Part shown: positions 49,541 to 59,506 of the stretch, piece after piece | Numbering within the stretch: the stretch's first letter is position 1 | Layout of the letters: every line of letters starts with the position of its first letter | The notes under the pieces: generated by a model | What the model saw: the letters and a program-made list of their open reading frames with translations, nothing else | Told to the model about the DNA's origin: nothing | The model's database searches: none | Origin: a virus | Lineage: Duplodnaviria; Caudoviricetes | Direction: 5' to 3' (one strand) | Virus record (IMG/VR): IMGVR_UViG_3300033066_001190 | Coordinates: 42,588-106,587 of that record | Length of the DNA stretch: 64,000 bases | Made by a program: the position numbers and the translations under genes

Positions 49541-50232
49541 CTCACTTTAATTTTATTTGCTTTTAATTGATTGTAATAGTTTATTTGAACCTGATCAGAA
49601 AAAGCATAATGGATTCCCCATCCCATTTTCTTATTAACACTACTCAATCTAGAGTTAAATAACTTATATCTACTCATTCCATATTCTAAACTTATCCATT
49701 TAAAATGTAACAGGTTTATTTGCTCTTTGTTATAAGTAGCTTTAGTTACGGGAATAGGGTTACAGCTATGTGCGCCAGGTTTATAATATATTTCTATAAA
49801 TTCTGCTGGTTTAAAGCAACAGGTTTTAGAATATCCATGTGAGGGACATCCAGAATCAATTAAATCAACATTTCCATCTTCTCCACACATATCATAACCA
49901 AAAGATTTAATGATGTTAAAATCAGCATTTTTAAGCTTTTCTTCTGTTACATCTAAGAATTCATCTGCATCAACAATAATAACCCAATCTGCATTAGAAT
50001 TTTTCCAACATTTGTTTTTAATTTCAAGGTATAAATCATCCCTAATTGTATTACCACTATTATAAGAAATTACCTCACAATTATTGTTTTTAGCTATTTC
50101 CAGTGTACCATCTGTACTTTCATTATCATATACGGTGATTTTACAATCAGGAAATCTTTCTCTGTACCATTTTATGAAGTATGGTAGAATCACTTCTTCA
50201 TTGTATGTAATTGTAAATATCTCTACTTTCAT
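49537..50232 (-). CDS. glycosyltransferase family 2-like
   Basis: TYNEE.ILPYF, VYDNESTDGT, WVIIVDADEFL. Confidence 0.85.
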   Translation of the reverse strand: MKVEIFTITYNEEVILPYFIKWYRERFPDCKITVYDNESTDGTLEIAKNNNCEVISYNSGNTIRDDLYLEIKNKCWKNSNADWVIIVDADEFLDVTEEKLKNADFNIIKSFGYDMCGEDGNVDLIDSGCPSHGYSKTCCFKPAEFIEIYYKPGAHSCNPIPVTKATYNKEQINLLHFKWISLEYGMSRYKLFNSRLSSVNKKMGWGIHYAFSDQVQINYYNQLKANKIKVR

Positions 50233-50672
50233 TCTTTTATTTTAAGTAATTTACAAATGTATTTAAATTCATTAATGCTAGGACAAAATCCTCTGTAGAC
50301 GATATTAAGTCCTTCTGCAATATAAATTGCTTTTTTCTTTTCAAGCCATTGTAATCTATATCTTTCTTTTTCAAAATGTAACCCATAAGAAGAAGGTAAA
50401 GTGATATTTTTCCATCCTTCATTCTCAATTTGCTCTTTTGTAAGAAATGGAGTTCTTAATTTATTGCTGTTAAGATAATGATGTATTCTATTGATTGCTA
50501 TTGTTTTTCCAATAATAGAATTTCCTTTATCAACAATAATAAAATGCCATTTTACATCTTTAATGGTTTTGTCTGTAGTTTGTTCATAAATCTCACACTC
50601 ATACCCAATTCTAAGATCTTCTAAATCGGGTATAAAATATTTAGTAGTTTCCTGTGTTTGCATAATAATCAT
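50229..50672 (-). CDS. hypothetical protein
   Basis: Tightly coupled ORF in the minus-strand operon. Confidence 0.65.
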   Translation of the reverse strand: MIIMQTQETTKYFIPDLEDLRIGYECEIYEQTTDKTIKDVKWHFIIVDKGNSIIGKTIAINRIHHYLNSNKLRTPFLTKEQIENEGWKNITLPSSYGLHFEKERYRLQWLEKKKAIYIAEGLNIVYRGFCPSINEFKYICKLLKIKE

Positions 50673-50922
50673 GTTTTAAATCCTGATGATATTTCTTAAA
50701 ATCAGTTGTTTTTTCAACTATTATCTTATAGTCAAATGTATAACCTTCTTTAATTGCTCCATTTTTTAAGTCTTCTATAGTTGTAGAAGAAAATCTAGAT
50801 CGAGCGCCATATTTATTATCAATATTTTGAAATTCTGATATTGGTAAATTTGTTACTACTTCATATACACTGATATTATAACCTAAATCAGATGTTTTAA
50901 CAACATATTTATTTTTTTCCAT
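50641..50922 (-). CDS. hypothetical protein
   Basis: ORF in operon. Confidence 0.55.
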   Translation of the reverse strand: MEKNKYVVKTSDLGYNISVYEVVTNLPISEFQNIDNKYGARSRFSSTTIEDLKNGAIKEGYTFDYKIIVEKTTDFKKYHQDLKHDYYANTGNY

Positions 50923-50932
50923 TTATTTAATT

Positions 50933-51232
50933 TTATTGTTTCATTAAACTGTTACAAATTAAACAATTTGTATCTCCTTTACAACTACAATTTTCTCTTA
51001 GCCAATTATTGTGTTGTATATTTTGTAATTCTTGCCATAACATAACTTCAGCTAATGTTAACCATTGTGTTCCAGAATATTTGATTATTTTATCTTCTTC
51101 TTTCAGGTTTTCAATTTCCTTCATGATACCATCGCTTATCTTTTCTTCTTTTATATACGGACAATTTTTGCAACCGTTATTGCAACATTTACCTCTTGAG
51201 AGCAAAAATTCTTTTGTTAATGGCTTAGACAA
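50933..51232 (-). CDS. DUF5522-like Cys-rich protein
   Basis: LTKEFLLSRGKCCNNGCKNCPY at the N-terminus and a second Cys cluster at the C-terminus. Confidence 0.7.
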   Translation of the reverse strand: MSKPLTKEFLLSRGKCCNNGCKNCPYIKEEKISDGIMKEIENLKEEDKIIKYSGTQWLTLAEVMLWQELQNIQHNNWLRENCSCKGDTNCLICNSLMKQ

Positions 51233-52934
51233 TGTTTAATACTTTTAATTGTTTGTTAGCAATATAATACAAAATAAGCCTTTCTAACACAAATGTGTGA
51301 TATGTGTAAAAGTCTAATCCTGTATATTCTTTCAATTTATCAGCAGGTAACCCTGAAACATAATTAGCATTTTGGGAATATTCTTGATTTTCTTCCATAA
51401 AAGCAATAGCTGGTTTTACCCAATTTTCTACATAATCTTTCCAATATTCAGATTTCATGATGAAAAAGTTAGAATATGTATAATCATGTTTATTATAAAC
51501 CTTATTTACTTTTAAGAAAGACAGCACTTTATTTAATAAATCCTCCAATTTAGGATGTTGTTTATAGCTAAACCTCAAATATTCTTCAGTTGTAGACCAT
51601 TGTCTGTGAGCTAAATTGATAAAATCATATTCATTGTATTTATTCTCTAAAAACACCTTGTTTAAAAATTTCTGACTGAAGCCTGTTTTTAAATCAAACT
51701 TCCAACTAAATATTCCTAAATATTCCTTTAACTCTTTATTATCTATAATGTCTATTGTGACATTCCACTCAAACAAATAAGATTTCTGTTCTAACGTTTT
51801 TACATGACTATTATCATATTTGTTAAATTCTGTAAATTGTTCAGGAGAATATGTAATACCGTAAATATCTATATTGTCTAATTTAATAGACATATCTTTA
51901 GTTAATAGGTTTTCAAACACTTCTTTTAACCCTTCAATCCTTTCATTATAAAGATTATCTTTAGTATTTGTTGTATTAATATGATTTAATACAGCTTTTC
52001 TATTTTCTTCCTCTAATAAGTATAATAGCCATCTTTCATATTCAATGGGTGCATCAGCTTCACAAATGCCTCCTAATTCTTTTCTGCTATATATTCTACT
52101 TCCTACAGGAATGGTATTAGTAATCAAACATTCACTGAGTTTTAAGCTTGATTTACAATAGTTGAACTCAATATCCTCTAAAGGTAATAACAGCACATCT
52201 ATCTCTTTATAATGATCTAAATAGCTTTCTAATGGTAACAAGTCTTTAACAACTACATTTAAATTCTTTTTTACCTTAAATAGTTTAACTACTTCATCCC
52301 AATATGCATTCTTTTGATAGCCACAAATATGAAATTCATAATTACTTGCAATTAAATCATTTTTAGCAAATCTGTTAATAGCTCCTTTTAACTCTAGCCA
52401 ATCAGGATAATGACTAATTGAACCACATATACCCACTCTTATTTTGTCTGATTTGGTTTTTTCAAAACCCTCAATAGGTTCTAAAAAGTTACCTAAAAAA
52501 GCTGTATATTGATTTATAGGAAGCAAATGCATTCCAATTCTAACAGTGGATGATGTTACAATATCAGCTTCTGAAGCTAGTCTAATAAGATTATCTGCTA
52601 CTAGTTTAATCTTTGTAGCATTGTTATAAGAGGGATGTTTTTTACTGTATTGCCAATAATCATCAATATCCATTAAAACCTTTACATTTTTCTCTTTTTT
52701 CCATCTAGCTATTTGTGTAATCTTGTTTTTAATATTCCACAAATACCAAATTACATCGTTTTGCTGTACACTTTCTTCTGGAATAAATCTGTCTTTGTTA
52801 TCAATTTGGATAAATTGAAAATCTAACTCTTTACCATCTACAACAACTCCTTGTAGCTTTTTAGCTGGAATAATCATTCTGTGATAGCAGGAAGCTGATT
52901 CATCTACATAGCATTTAATTACCTGTTTGTTCAT
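51225..52934 (-). CDS. glycosyltransferase (GT-B/GT4-like) fused to a second glyco-associated domain
   Basis: YHRMIIP, MDIDDYW, RVGICGSISH.PD, DVLLLPLEDIEFNYCKSSLKL.E. C-terminal YSNFFIMK...W..Y and FVLERL. Probable start ATG 52934. Confidence 0.75.
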   Translation of the reverse strand: MNKQVIKCYVDESASCYHRMIIPAKKLQGVVVDGKELDFQFIQIDNKDRFIPEESVQQNDVIWYLWNIKNKITQIARWKKEKNVKVLMDIDDYWQYSKKHPSYNNATKIKLVADNLIRLASEADIVTSSTVRIGMHLLPINQYTAFLGNFLEPIEGFEKTKSDKIRVGICGSISHYPDWLELKGAINRFAKNDLIASNYEFHICGYQKNAYWDEVVKLFKVKKNLNVVVKDLLPLESYLDHYKEIDVLLLPLEDIEFNYCKSSLKLSECLITNTIPVGSRIYSRKELGGICEADAPIEYERWLLYLLEEENRKAVLNHINTTNTKDNLYNERIEGLKEVFENLLTKDMSIKLDNIDIYGITYSPEQFTEFNKYDNSHVKTLEQKSYLFEWNVTIDIIDNKELKEYLGIFSWKFDLKTGFSQKFLNKVFLENKYNEYDFINLAHRQWSTTEEYLRFSYKQHPKLEDLLNKVLSFLKVNKVYNKHDYTYSNFFIMKSEYWKDYVENWVKPAIAFMEENQEYSQNANYVSGLPADKLKEYTGLDFYTYHTFVLERLILYYIANKQLKVLNIV

Positions 52935-53115
52935 ATCGTTTTCTGTTTCTTTCAAAAATTTGTAAGTCACGAAGATAAATAATTAAATCTGTAGTAGCCA
53001 TATTTTCTAACTTCTTTTTATTCCATTGTCCTTCATCAGCTAAATCTCTAAATTTAGCATAACTGACAGGCATTCCTAAGATTTCTTCAATCATTTTTTC
53101 TTTGTTATGTTCCAT
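52915..53115 (-). CDS. hypothetical protein
   Basis: Small ORF overlapping both neighbours. Confidence 0.55.
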   Translation of the reverse strand: MEHNKEKMIEEILGMPVSYAKFRDLADEGQWNKKKLENMATTDLIIYLRDLQIFERNRKRYEQTGN

Positions 53116-53542
53116 ATTTCTTTTTTAATTTTTGTGTGTATTCATACATTTTTGGACATTCTTGAGGGTTTGACTCCCACAAAAAATGAATCTGTGGCAA
53201 AACTACTAAAATATTATCTTTTTCAAAAGCTAAATCAGGTCTTTGAGCTTTAGAAATCTGATGAGAATAACATATTATGTTCTTTTTATAAACTGTCCAA
53301 GACATTAATGTATCTGTTTCAAAACATCTAACATTTCCATTTCTATCTGCTCTTTCATCCCATATTTCTAAATAAAGCTCAAACAATTTATTTATTCTTT
53401 CCTTTTTTTCTTGCTTTTTAGCTATTCCTTTTTCTGTAATTTTCTTTAATGGTTTTTTAGGATAGTGAAATTTGCAGTAACCCTGTCCGAAAACAAAGCT
53501 ACTGCAATTTTCAACTTTACATTTTTTAGAACTCTTTATCAT
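53105..53542 (-). CDS. NinG/HNH-like nuclease-fold protein
   Basis: N-terminal C....C.......YC..H. RCFET...SHQISK..RPDLAFE.DNI......H. Confidence 0.5.
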   Translation of the reverse strand: MIKSSKKCKVENCSSFVFGQGYCKFHYPKKPLKKITEKGIAKKQEKKERINKLFELYLEIWDERADRNGNVRCFETDTLMSWTVYKKNIICYSHQISKAQRPDLAFEKDNILVVLPQIHFLWESNPQECPKMYEYTQKLKKKYGT

Positions 53543-54506
53543 TTTGATTTACATCTAACACAAATATACCTAATTTTTCCCAAAGTCTTTTTACTTGTTT
53601 TCTATCATCAATTACAAAATCAACATAAAACTTGTTTAAAATATACTTGTTAAACAATTCTTCTTTAATTAAAGTATCTTTCCTCTGATCTTTTTCATCT
53701 CTCATATAAAGAACATACTCAGAAGTGTCAAAATGTTTTGTTAAAAATATTTCAGTTTGATTTCTGAATTTTCCACTGCGCCCAGAAAAAAATACAATTA
53801 CTTTATCTGAATTTACATTTAACCATTGTCTTAATACATCATAAACAGATATACATAGCTCATCATTTTCAAAATCCCTGTCATAAGGATTTCTATCTCC
53901 ATATAAACATAATGTACCATCTAAATCACAAATAATTGTGTTTACCAGACTTCTATCTTGGGTAACCTTACAGGATTTAACAGGAAATTCATAAATGTCA
54001 TCAGGATACTTATTTTTCAATTTAACAAAATCTAGATGTTGTTTAGTTAAATAGCTAAAATTAAAAGATTCAATCCTTTTACATCCAAATAATTTTTCCC
54101 ACAATGTAGGCTTTACCTCTCTGTTTATTAATCTTTTAAGTGATTCTGAATAGTCAGTATCAACAAATACCAATTTTACATCTACCAAATGCTCAAATTC
54201 TGTCAATAATTCATTTATATAGGCTTCTTTTAAATGAGTATTATCCACAATTACAGTATATCCATATTGCAATAAATGTCTAATTTGAGCAAATAATAAA
54301 TAAGTTACTTGTTTTTCTAAATTATTTAAATTTTTTCTTTTGTAATAGCTTTGATCTAACTTCCCAACAAGTTGTTTTCTCAAATCATCTCTATTTACCC
54401 TAATATGCTTTTCATATTTATTACATAAATCAGTGGCAATAGTAGTTTTACCACTGCCACTGATTCCAGATAATATAATTAATTTTTGTTTACCTTGTTC
54501 GTTCAT
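53526..54506 (-). CDS. pseT: polynucleotide 5'-kinase/3'-phosphatase (T4 PseT-like)
   Basis: GISGSGKTT, RVNRDDLR, VIVDNTH kinase motifs. HAD domain ICDLDGTL, FSGR, MR...D.R.D, IDDR.QV. Confidence 0.92.
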   Translation of the reverse strand: MNEQGKQKLIILSGISGSGKTTIATDLCNKYEKHIRVNRDDLRKQLVGKLDQSYYKRKNLNNLEKQVTYLLFAQIRHLLQYGYTVIVDNTHLKEAYINELLTEFEHLVDVKLVFVDTDYSESLKRLINREVKPTLWEKLFGCKRIESFNFSYLTKQHLDFVKLKNKYPDDIYEFPVKSCKVTQDRSLVNTIICDLDGTLCLYGDRNPYDRDFENDELCISVYDVLRQWLNVNSDKVIVFFSGRSGKFRNQTEIFLTKHFDTSEYVLYMRDEKDQRKDTLIKEELFNKYILNKFYVDFVIDDRKQVKRLWEKLGIFVLDVNQNDKEF

Positions 54507-55837
54507 TGTTCTGTAATTTGATTATCTTCAATATTAGATATATCTTTTTCTTGTAAGTCAGATTCTTTTAACAAAAATCGTTTTGATTTTAATTTATAGG
54601 CTTCATATTCCTCCAACTTTTCAATTCTAAGAACAATTCCTTCTTCTGGAACTTTATTTACGCACATGTAGCAGTCTTTTTCATTGTACATAGTTTCTAA
54701 ATTAGCTAAAAATTTACTTCTCCACGTTTCTATATTCCAAGATTGTAATTCTGTTTTATAGTTAAATTTATCAACAGCTCTTCCATAATAAATAAAAGTA
54801 TCGGAATACAATAACCCTACTTTATTACACCATTGTTGAATTTGTTTATCTGTTAAATATATAAGCTTTCCATCAGAATTAACCACAGATATTTTATAAA
54901 CATAAAACTTATGTTCTCCTTGCTTACAACCGTAATCATAATCTTGTTGAATATAACTACCTGATTGTGTATATCCTAACACTTCTCCATAAAGTGTCCA
55001 GTTTTTAGGAATTAAATGACCTACTTCTTTAGCTACAACTCCCCAAATATCTTCTCCATAAAATCCAACTCCCGATTCTGCATTCAAATATTGATTTTTA
55101 ACAACATTTCTAGAACTATATACTATATCATATTGTGTATCATTAATATCTAAACCAACTTTTTTAGCTAATTTTTCATACCATTTTAAATTCTTTTTAA
55201 CTAAAACATTACCAATAACAATAGATGTTCCATGTTTTTTATAATGAACTCCAATAATATCATCAGGGTTTAACTTGTTAATATTTTTTCTAAGGTTATC
55301 AGTATCTCCATGCAAAAAGAATTGATTTTCGACAAGTCTGCTAATTCTTTTAGGTTGCTTTGGAGCTTTACCTCCAGGATTAGAATTTCTAACAGGAACA
55401 AAATACTTTTCACAAATTGAAATATCTCCTATATCAGTAAATTCATCTCCAACTTGTAAACTGTCATAATTAAAACTTTTATTAAAAGCATATAAGCTGT
55501 CAATTGGTAGCAGTATTCCATCAGATATAACACCTTTTAATTTAATTGCTTTGACCCTAAATTGCCTATGTGAAATATATCCGACTTTAGTTTTATCCTT
55601 ATTTTGTTCTTTATCTGTTAATAGGTTGTTAAATTTACAAAATTCAACATTGAGCTTTGTTCCTGAGTTAAAATACAGCATTTTATCACTTACCTTAACA
55701 TCTTTAGAAACAATAACATCGTTACCATTTATAACACATCTTTGTATTTTATCTGCATTTTCAATAGGGAATAGTGTTCCTATTTCAACCACTGTACAAA
55801 CGTAGTTTTTACTATTTTCTTTGATTTTTAATTTCAT
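54503..55837 (-). CDS. RNA ligase (Rnl2-like, with N-terminal OB/tRNA-binding-like domain)
   Basis: PIENADKI, LKGVISDGILLP, KKHGTS (motif I), LYGEVLG, EEGIVLR, YKLKS. Confidence 0.85.
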   Translation of the reverse strand: MKLKIKENSKNYVCTVVEIGTLFPIENADKIQRCVINGNDVIVSKDVKVSDKMLYFNSGTKLNVEFCKFNNLLTDKEQNKDKTKVGYISHRQFRVKAIKLKGVISDGILLPIDSLYAFNKSFNYDSLQVGDEFTDIGDISICEKYFVPVRNSNPGGKAPKQPKRISRLVENQFFLHGDTDNLRKNINKLNPDDIIGVHYKKHGTSIVIGNVLVKKNLKWYEKLAKKVGLDINDTQYDIVYSSRNVVKNQYLNAESGVGFYGEDIWGVVAKEVGHLIPKNWTLYGEVLGYTQSGSYIQQDYDYGCKQGEHKFYVYKISVVNSDGKLIYLTDKQIQQWCNKVGLLYSDTFIYYGRAVDKFNYKTELQSWNIETWRSKFLANLETMYNEKDCYMCVNKVPEEGIVLRIEKLEEYEAYKLKSKRFLLKESDLQEKDISNIEDNQITEQ

Positions 55838-55840
55838 TTT

Positions 55841-56074
55841 TCATTGTTTTATGCTATACATTACGTAACTAAATCCTTTTAATTGGGAAACTTGCTGTAT
55901 TCTATTAAATATAGTGATTTTAACATCGTTTTCAGCAAACATTCTATCTGAATCAATGATATAATGCTTATTTTCTACCAATTTACCAATTCCATTTACA
56001 TTTAATGAAACAAATAATGGTAGAAATTGCTCATTCCTACCATTTTTGTTATCTACAATTAATATTCTTGTCAT
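55841..56074 (-). CDS. hypothetical protein
   Basis: ORF in operon. Confidence 0.55.
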   Translation of the reverse strand: MTRILIVDNKNGRNEQFLPLFVSLNVNGIGKLVENKHYIIDSDRMFAENDVKITIFNRIQQVSQLKGFSYVMYSIKQ

Positions 56075-56592
56075 TATTTTTCTAGTTCTATTCGTTCTTG
56101 TTCTAGATTTCTATTTAAAGCAGCTTCTTCTGTAAACTTTTCAGGAAACCTCACTCGTAATTTAGCTATGTTTTTATCTAAAAGCTCGTAAAAATCGAGA
56201 TTGAAATAATTAGCAATTGATTCCAACAACCCTAATTGTTGCTCTGTTGTAAATTCACAATCTTCTGCTGTAACTACGGAATATCCTCCGTATACAAAAT
56301 CTAATGATGATAACACTTCTTCTAAACATGTTGTATTAGCCATCGTTTGCACACTAGAAATTATTCCATTTATTGTGTCCCAATTTACAATATACCAAGC
56401 GCAATCTGCAATTTCTTCTCCTATATGAACTAAATCTAGCTTTTTTTTATAAGCTAAATGTTTTTTAAGAATGTCTACAATTTCTCCAATTTCTGTCATT
56501 ACTCCCATTTTCATATGTAAATAGTTCAATTCAGGAGTTCCTAAATCTGCATTTGTTCTACTTGCTTCTAATTGATATTCTTTAATTGTCAT
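56074..56592 (-). CDS. MazG-like nucleotide pyrophosphohydrolase
   Basis: EYQ..A.RT, G..TEIGEIVDILKK, EEIADCAWY, NIAKLRVRFP. Confidence 0.88.
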   Translation of the reverse strand: MTIKEYQLEASRTNADLGTPELNYLHMKMGVMTEIGEIVDILKKHLAYKKKLDLVHIGEEIADCAWYIVNWDTINGIISSVQTMANTTCLEEVLSSLDFVYGGYSVVTAEDCEFTTEQQLGLLESIANYFNLDFYELLDKNIAKLRVRFPEKFTEEAALNRNLEQERIELEK

Positions 56593-57005
56593 TTTTCTTG
56601 GTGTTTTATTAATTGTTCAATGTATTCTTTTGCTTTTTTTAGATCCTCTGCACCATTTTTATCTTTCCAACGACAAATGTATTTAATTACATTCCCCTCT
56701 GTAAATGGGATATCGTTCTTTAAAATAAATTCTAATGGTGTTATTTTGTATTTATTGTAATGAGTAGGTTTTACAGGATCTGAAGGTTGTTTTAATTCAT
56801 CTATATGAACTCCATAAACAGATTTAGCGTCCAAATTATTGTTAAAATATTGATAAGGTGCATCTTTCATAGTTTGCACCCATTTGTTTAAAAGTTCTTT
56901 TTGTTCTTCATGTTTTTCTAAAACCTCTTTTAATTCATCAGCTTCATAAATCTTTGTTTTTCCGTTTACATTTATCACTAATTGATTCTTGTCTGTTACT
57001 GTCAT
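56589..57005 (-). CDS. DUF3310 (SaV-like) domain protein
   Basis: DPVKPTHY...I.P.EFI......F.EGNVIKY..R...KNG.EDLKKA..Y. Confidence 0.88.
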   Translation of the reverse strand: MTVTDKNQLVINVNGKTKIYEADELKEVLEKHEEQKELLNKWVQTMKDAPYQYFNNNLDAKSVYGVHIDELKQPSDPVKPTHYNKYKITPLEFILKNDIPFTEGNVIKYICRWKDKNGAEDLKKAKEYIEQLIKHQEK

Positions 57006-57016
57006 ATTATTTGTTT

Positions 57017-57451
57017 TTATAAAAATACCTCATTAATTGGTTCTAATCCCACTAATTGATAAGCTAAATTCTCTCTGTAAATAATTTCATCTACAATGGC
57101 TTCTTCCCATAAAACATCTACTTTACAAGTAATTAGGATGTTGTAGAGATGATCTATATCTAAATTTTTAATTTCTCTCCACCATGTTTTATCTAACTTT
57201 TTACCTTCTTTAGTAAGGTTTGAACCCCAACTCATATTTTCCCTACGTGTTAGATGTTTTCCATCATCTCTTACACTTAAAATAGCAAATTGATCTGGAT
57301 ATTTAAAGCTAATACTTTGATAATAAGAGCCCCCATCTGTAGAAACAGCTTCACAAGTACAAGTTACAAAATCATGCACATGTCTGCTTACAATAATATC
57401 ACGACATAAATAGCAAACCACTGAGTTTTTCAATATTCTAGTTTTTTTCAT
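57017..57451 (-). CDS. conserved phage Zn-binding protein
   Basis: NSVVC.LC.DII.SRH.HDFVTC.C..V.TDGG. Probable start ATG 57451. Confidence 0.7.
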   Translation of the reverse strand: MKKTRILKNSVVCYLCRDIIVSRHVHDFVTCTCEAVSTDGGSYYQSISFKYPDQFAILSVRDDGKHLTRRENMSWGSNLTKEGKKLDKTWWREIKNLDIDHLYNILITCKVDVLWEEAIVDEIIYRENLAYQLVGLEPINEVFL

Positions 57452-57452
57452 A

Positions 57453-57842
57453 TTAGTAGAATTTAGGCCCACTTGAAGTGCGATGAATTACTTTGTTTCC
57501 AACTTTATATTCTGTTACAAATATACGCTTTAAAACAATTTGCAGCTTACAAAAATTTTTATCACAATATTGTTTGAATATATATTTTGCACTATCTTTT
57601 TCAAACTCCAATATAGAAATAAAAGGACGAAAACCTAATTTTTCAACCTCTTTTACTCCATCTGATAAATATAATTCATATATTTGTCTAGCCTTCTTTC
57701 TAGAAAAAGCATCTTTTTTGGAGCATTGTAGTTCAAATACTTCTAAACCTTTTGTGTTTCCTACACTCACATCTCTTCCAAAAACAGCAACTCTATTACC
57801 GCTTTTTTTATAACATTTCGTATTTAATAAATATTCTGCCAT
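57453..57842 (-). CDS. hypothetical protein
   Basis: ORF in operon. CSKKDAFSRKK motif. Confidence 0.6.
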   Translation of the reverse strand: MAEYLLNTKCYKKSGNRVAVFGRDVSVGNTKGLEVFELQCSKKDAFSRKKARQIYELYLSDGVKEVEKLGFRPFISILEFEKDSAKYIFKQYCDKNFCKLQIVLKRIFVTEYKVGNKVIHRTSSGPKFY

Positions 57843-57843
57843 A

Positions 57844-58086
57844 TTATTGAATATAAGGGATTATATAAAAACATTCTGTTTTTTCATCTAAGTCATAATT
57901 AATGGGATCAACCTTCACTTTAAACGATTTTTGCAATTCTCTGGCATACAGTATTTTATAATAAACCTGTACACCATCTTGCCTTTCTGTATACTTATCT
58001 GTCACTTCTCCACAATAAACTCTGGGCTCTTCCGAACAACTATTTAAGGTTATCAATAGTAGCAATAAAAAGATTAGTTTCTTCAT
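57844..58086 (-). CDS. small lipoprotein
   Basis: MKKLIFLLLLLITLNS-C lipobox followed by SEE. Confidence 0.7.
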   Translation of the reverse strand: MKKLIFLLLLLITLNSCSEEPRVYCGEVTDKYTERQDGVQVYYKILYARELQKSFKVKVDPINYDLDEKTECFYIIPYIQ

Positions 58087-58333
58087 ACTTTTTTAATTTC
58101 TTTTTTAATTGTGAATAATTCCCTGTCCAAAATATTTCAAACGATTTATTGTATTTGCCATTGATTTTATCTCTCAACACCTCTATTTCCATGTAACAGC
58201 TTGTAGGATCATCAATTACAGCCTTACATTTAAAAGGAATGTAATTAAATGGTTTTTCAAACCAATGTCCACTTTTATCTTCAAACCATACCTTTTTAAA
58301 TCCTAAACTTAATATTTCTTTTTCTTGTTTCAT
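58040..58333 (-). CDS. hypothetical protein
   Basis: Probable start ATG 58333 overlapping the upstream TGA. Confidence 0.55.
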   Translation of the reverse strand: MKQEKEILSLGFKKVWFEDKSGHWFEKPFNYIPFKCKAVIDDPTSCYMEIEVLRDKINGKYNKSFEIFWTGNYSQLKKKLKKYEETNLFIATIDNLK

Positions 58334-58608
58334 AACATTTTCATTTTTTCTGCTTCTGTCAATATTTCTAAAACTGTTCCCCAATCATCCTTGTTTAGAT
58401 TATCTACCAAGAAATCAAATTCAGAAGAAGTAAGTGAACCTGTTTTCCATAATTGTAAGTAATTTAAAAGTTCATTTAGAAATTCATCATTATCCCAATT
58501 TTCATCATTTACTTTTAAACATGGCATAGAATAAGTTCCATTTTGTTCTAAAATAGCTAGAAATTCATATCTAGCATCTTCTGATAGAATTTTTGTACTT
58601 ATAATCAT
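58330..58608 (-). CDS. hypothetical protein (acidic)
   Basis: ATGA-coupled ORF. Confidence 0.6.
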   Translation of the reverse strand: MIISTKILSEDARYEFLAILEQNGTYSMPCLKVNDENWDNDEFLNELLNYLQLWKTGSLTSSEFDFLVDNLNKDDWGTVLEILTEAEKMKML

Positions 58609-58874
58609 CTTTCTAGCTTTTTAATTGTAAATTCCCTAATTGCATCATCCCAACAGCAAACATTCTTTGAAAATCCATGTTTTTGTGGATCATCATACAA
58701 TTCTTCCCAATCTGTTTTTAGTTCCACTTCATATTTTTGATAAAACTCTTCTGCAATTCTAACTATTCTATCAAGAGCAGCTATATAACCCTCTTCTTTT
58801 TTTTGTACATTTTCAAACAAATCTGCTGCTATCACTGCTGAAATTAATGCAATTTCTTTTGCTTCTTCTGTCAT
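58605..58874 (-). CDS. hypothetical protein
   Basis: ATGA-coupled ORF. Confidence 0.6.
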   Translation of the reverse strand: MTEEAKEIALISAVIAADLFENVQKKEEGYIAALDRIVRIAEEFYQKYEVELKTDWEELYDDPQKHGFSKNVCCWDDAIREFTIKKLER

Positions 58875-59506
58875 AAATCCTTTTTAAATTCTATTCCCAG
58901 CTTTGTTAAACTAAATGTTTCTTTGTGTATATCAAAAAGACTATCTAGTTCCATATCTAGCAAGAAATCTTCTGATAAATTTAATTTTGTTTCTAACTTC
59001 TTTCTGTATTCATCTGTTTTGCAGATAATGTGAAATTCTTTCTTGAGTACACCATCATTATTAAAATAATTGTTGGCATAGGTTTTACCCATTTTGCTAT
59101 ACTCACTTTTACCCACTATTTCCTTTAAATGACTCCACTTATCATCTATTTTCATAACTACCACCATTAAATTGTTATTTACATGGTATAACTTTGTGAA
59201 ATTAGGTATTGTGTTTAAATATTTATAAAATAGGGGAAATGAAGTGTATATCACATTTCTGTTTGGATTAAACACCACATACACCTCATTCTCCCATTTA
59301 TCAGGACATTCTTCCCAAGCATAATAAATACCTTTTAAACCCAAATACCTCAAAATATCAATTGCAGATAGTTTTACTTCTCTTACTACAATTAATAACT
59401 TATCTAGCCTCATACCTAATGCAGGTATAAGATATCTCAAAGTTTTACCTCCATAATATTCAATCACTGGGGGGTTATAAAGTTGTTCGTATTTATTTTT
59501 TACCAT
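58871..59506 (-). CDS. hypothetical protein (crAss-like replication module)
   Basis: 211-aa ORF in operon. Confidence 0.6.
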   Translation of the reverse strand: MVKNKYEQLYNPPVIEYYGGKTLRYLIPALGMRLDKLLIVVREVKLSAIDILRYLGLKGIYYAWEECPDKWENEVYVVFNPNRNVIYTSFPLFYKYLNTIPNFTKLYHVNNNLMVVVMKIDDKWSHLKEIVGKSEYSKMGKTYANNYFNNDGVLKKEFHIICKTDEYRKKLETKLNLSEDFLLDMELDSLFDIHKETFSLTKLGIEFKKDL

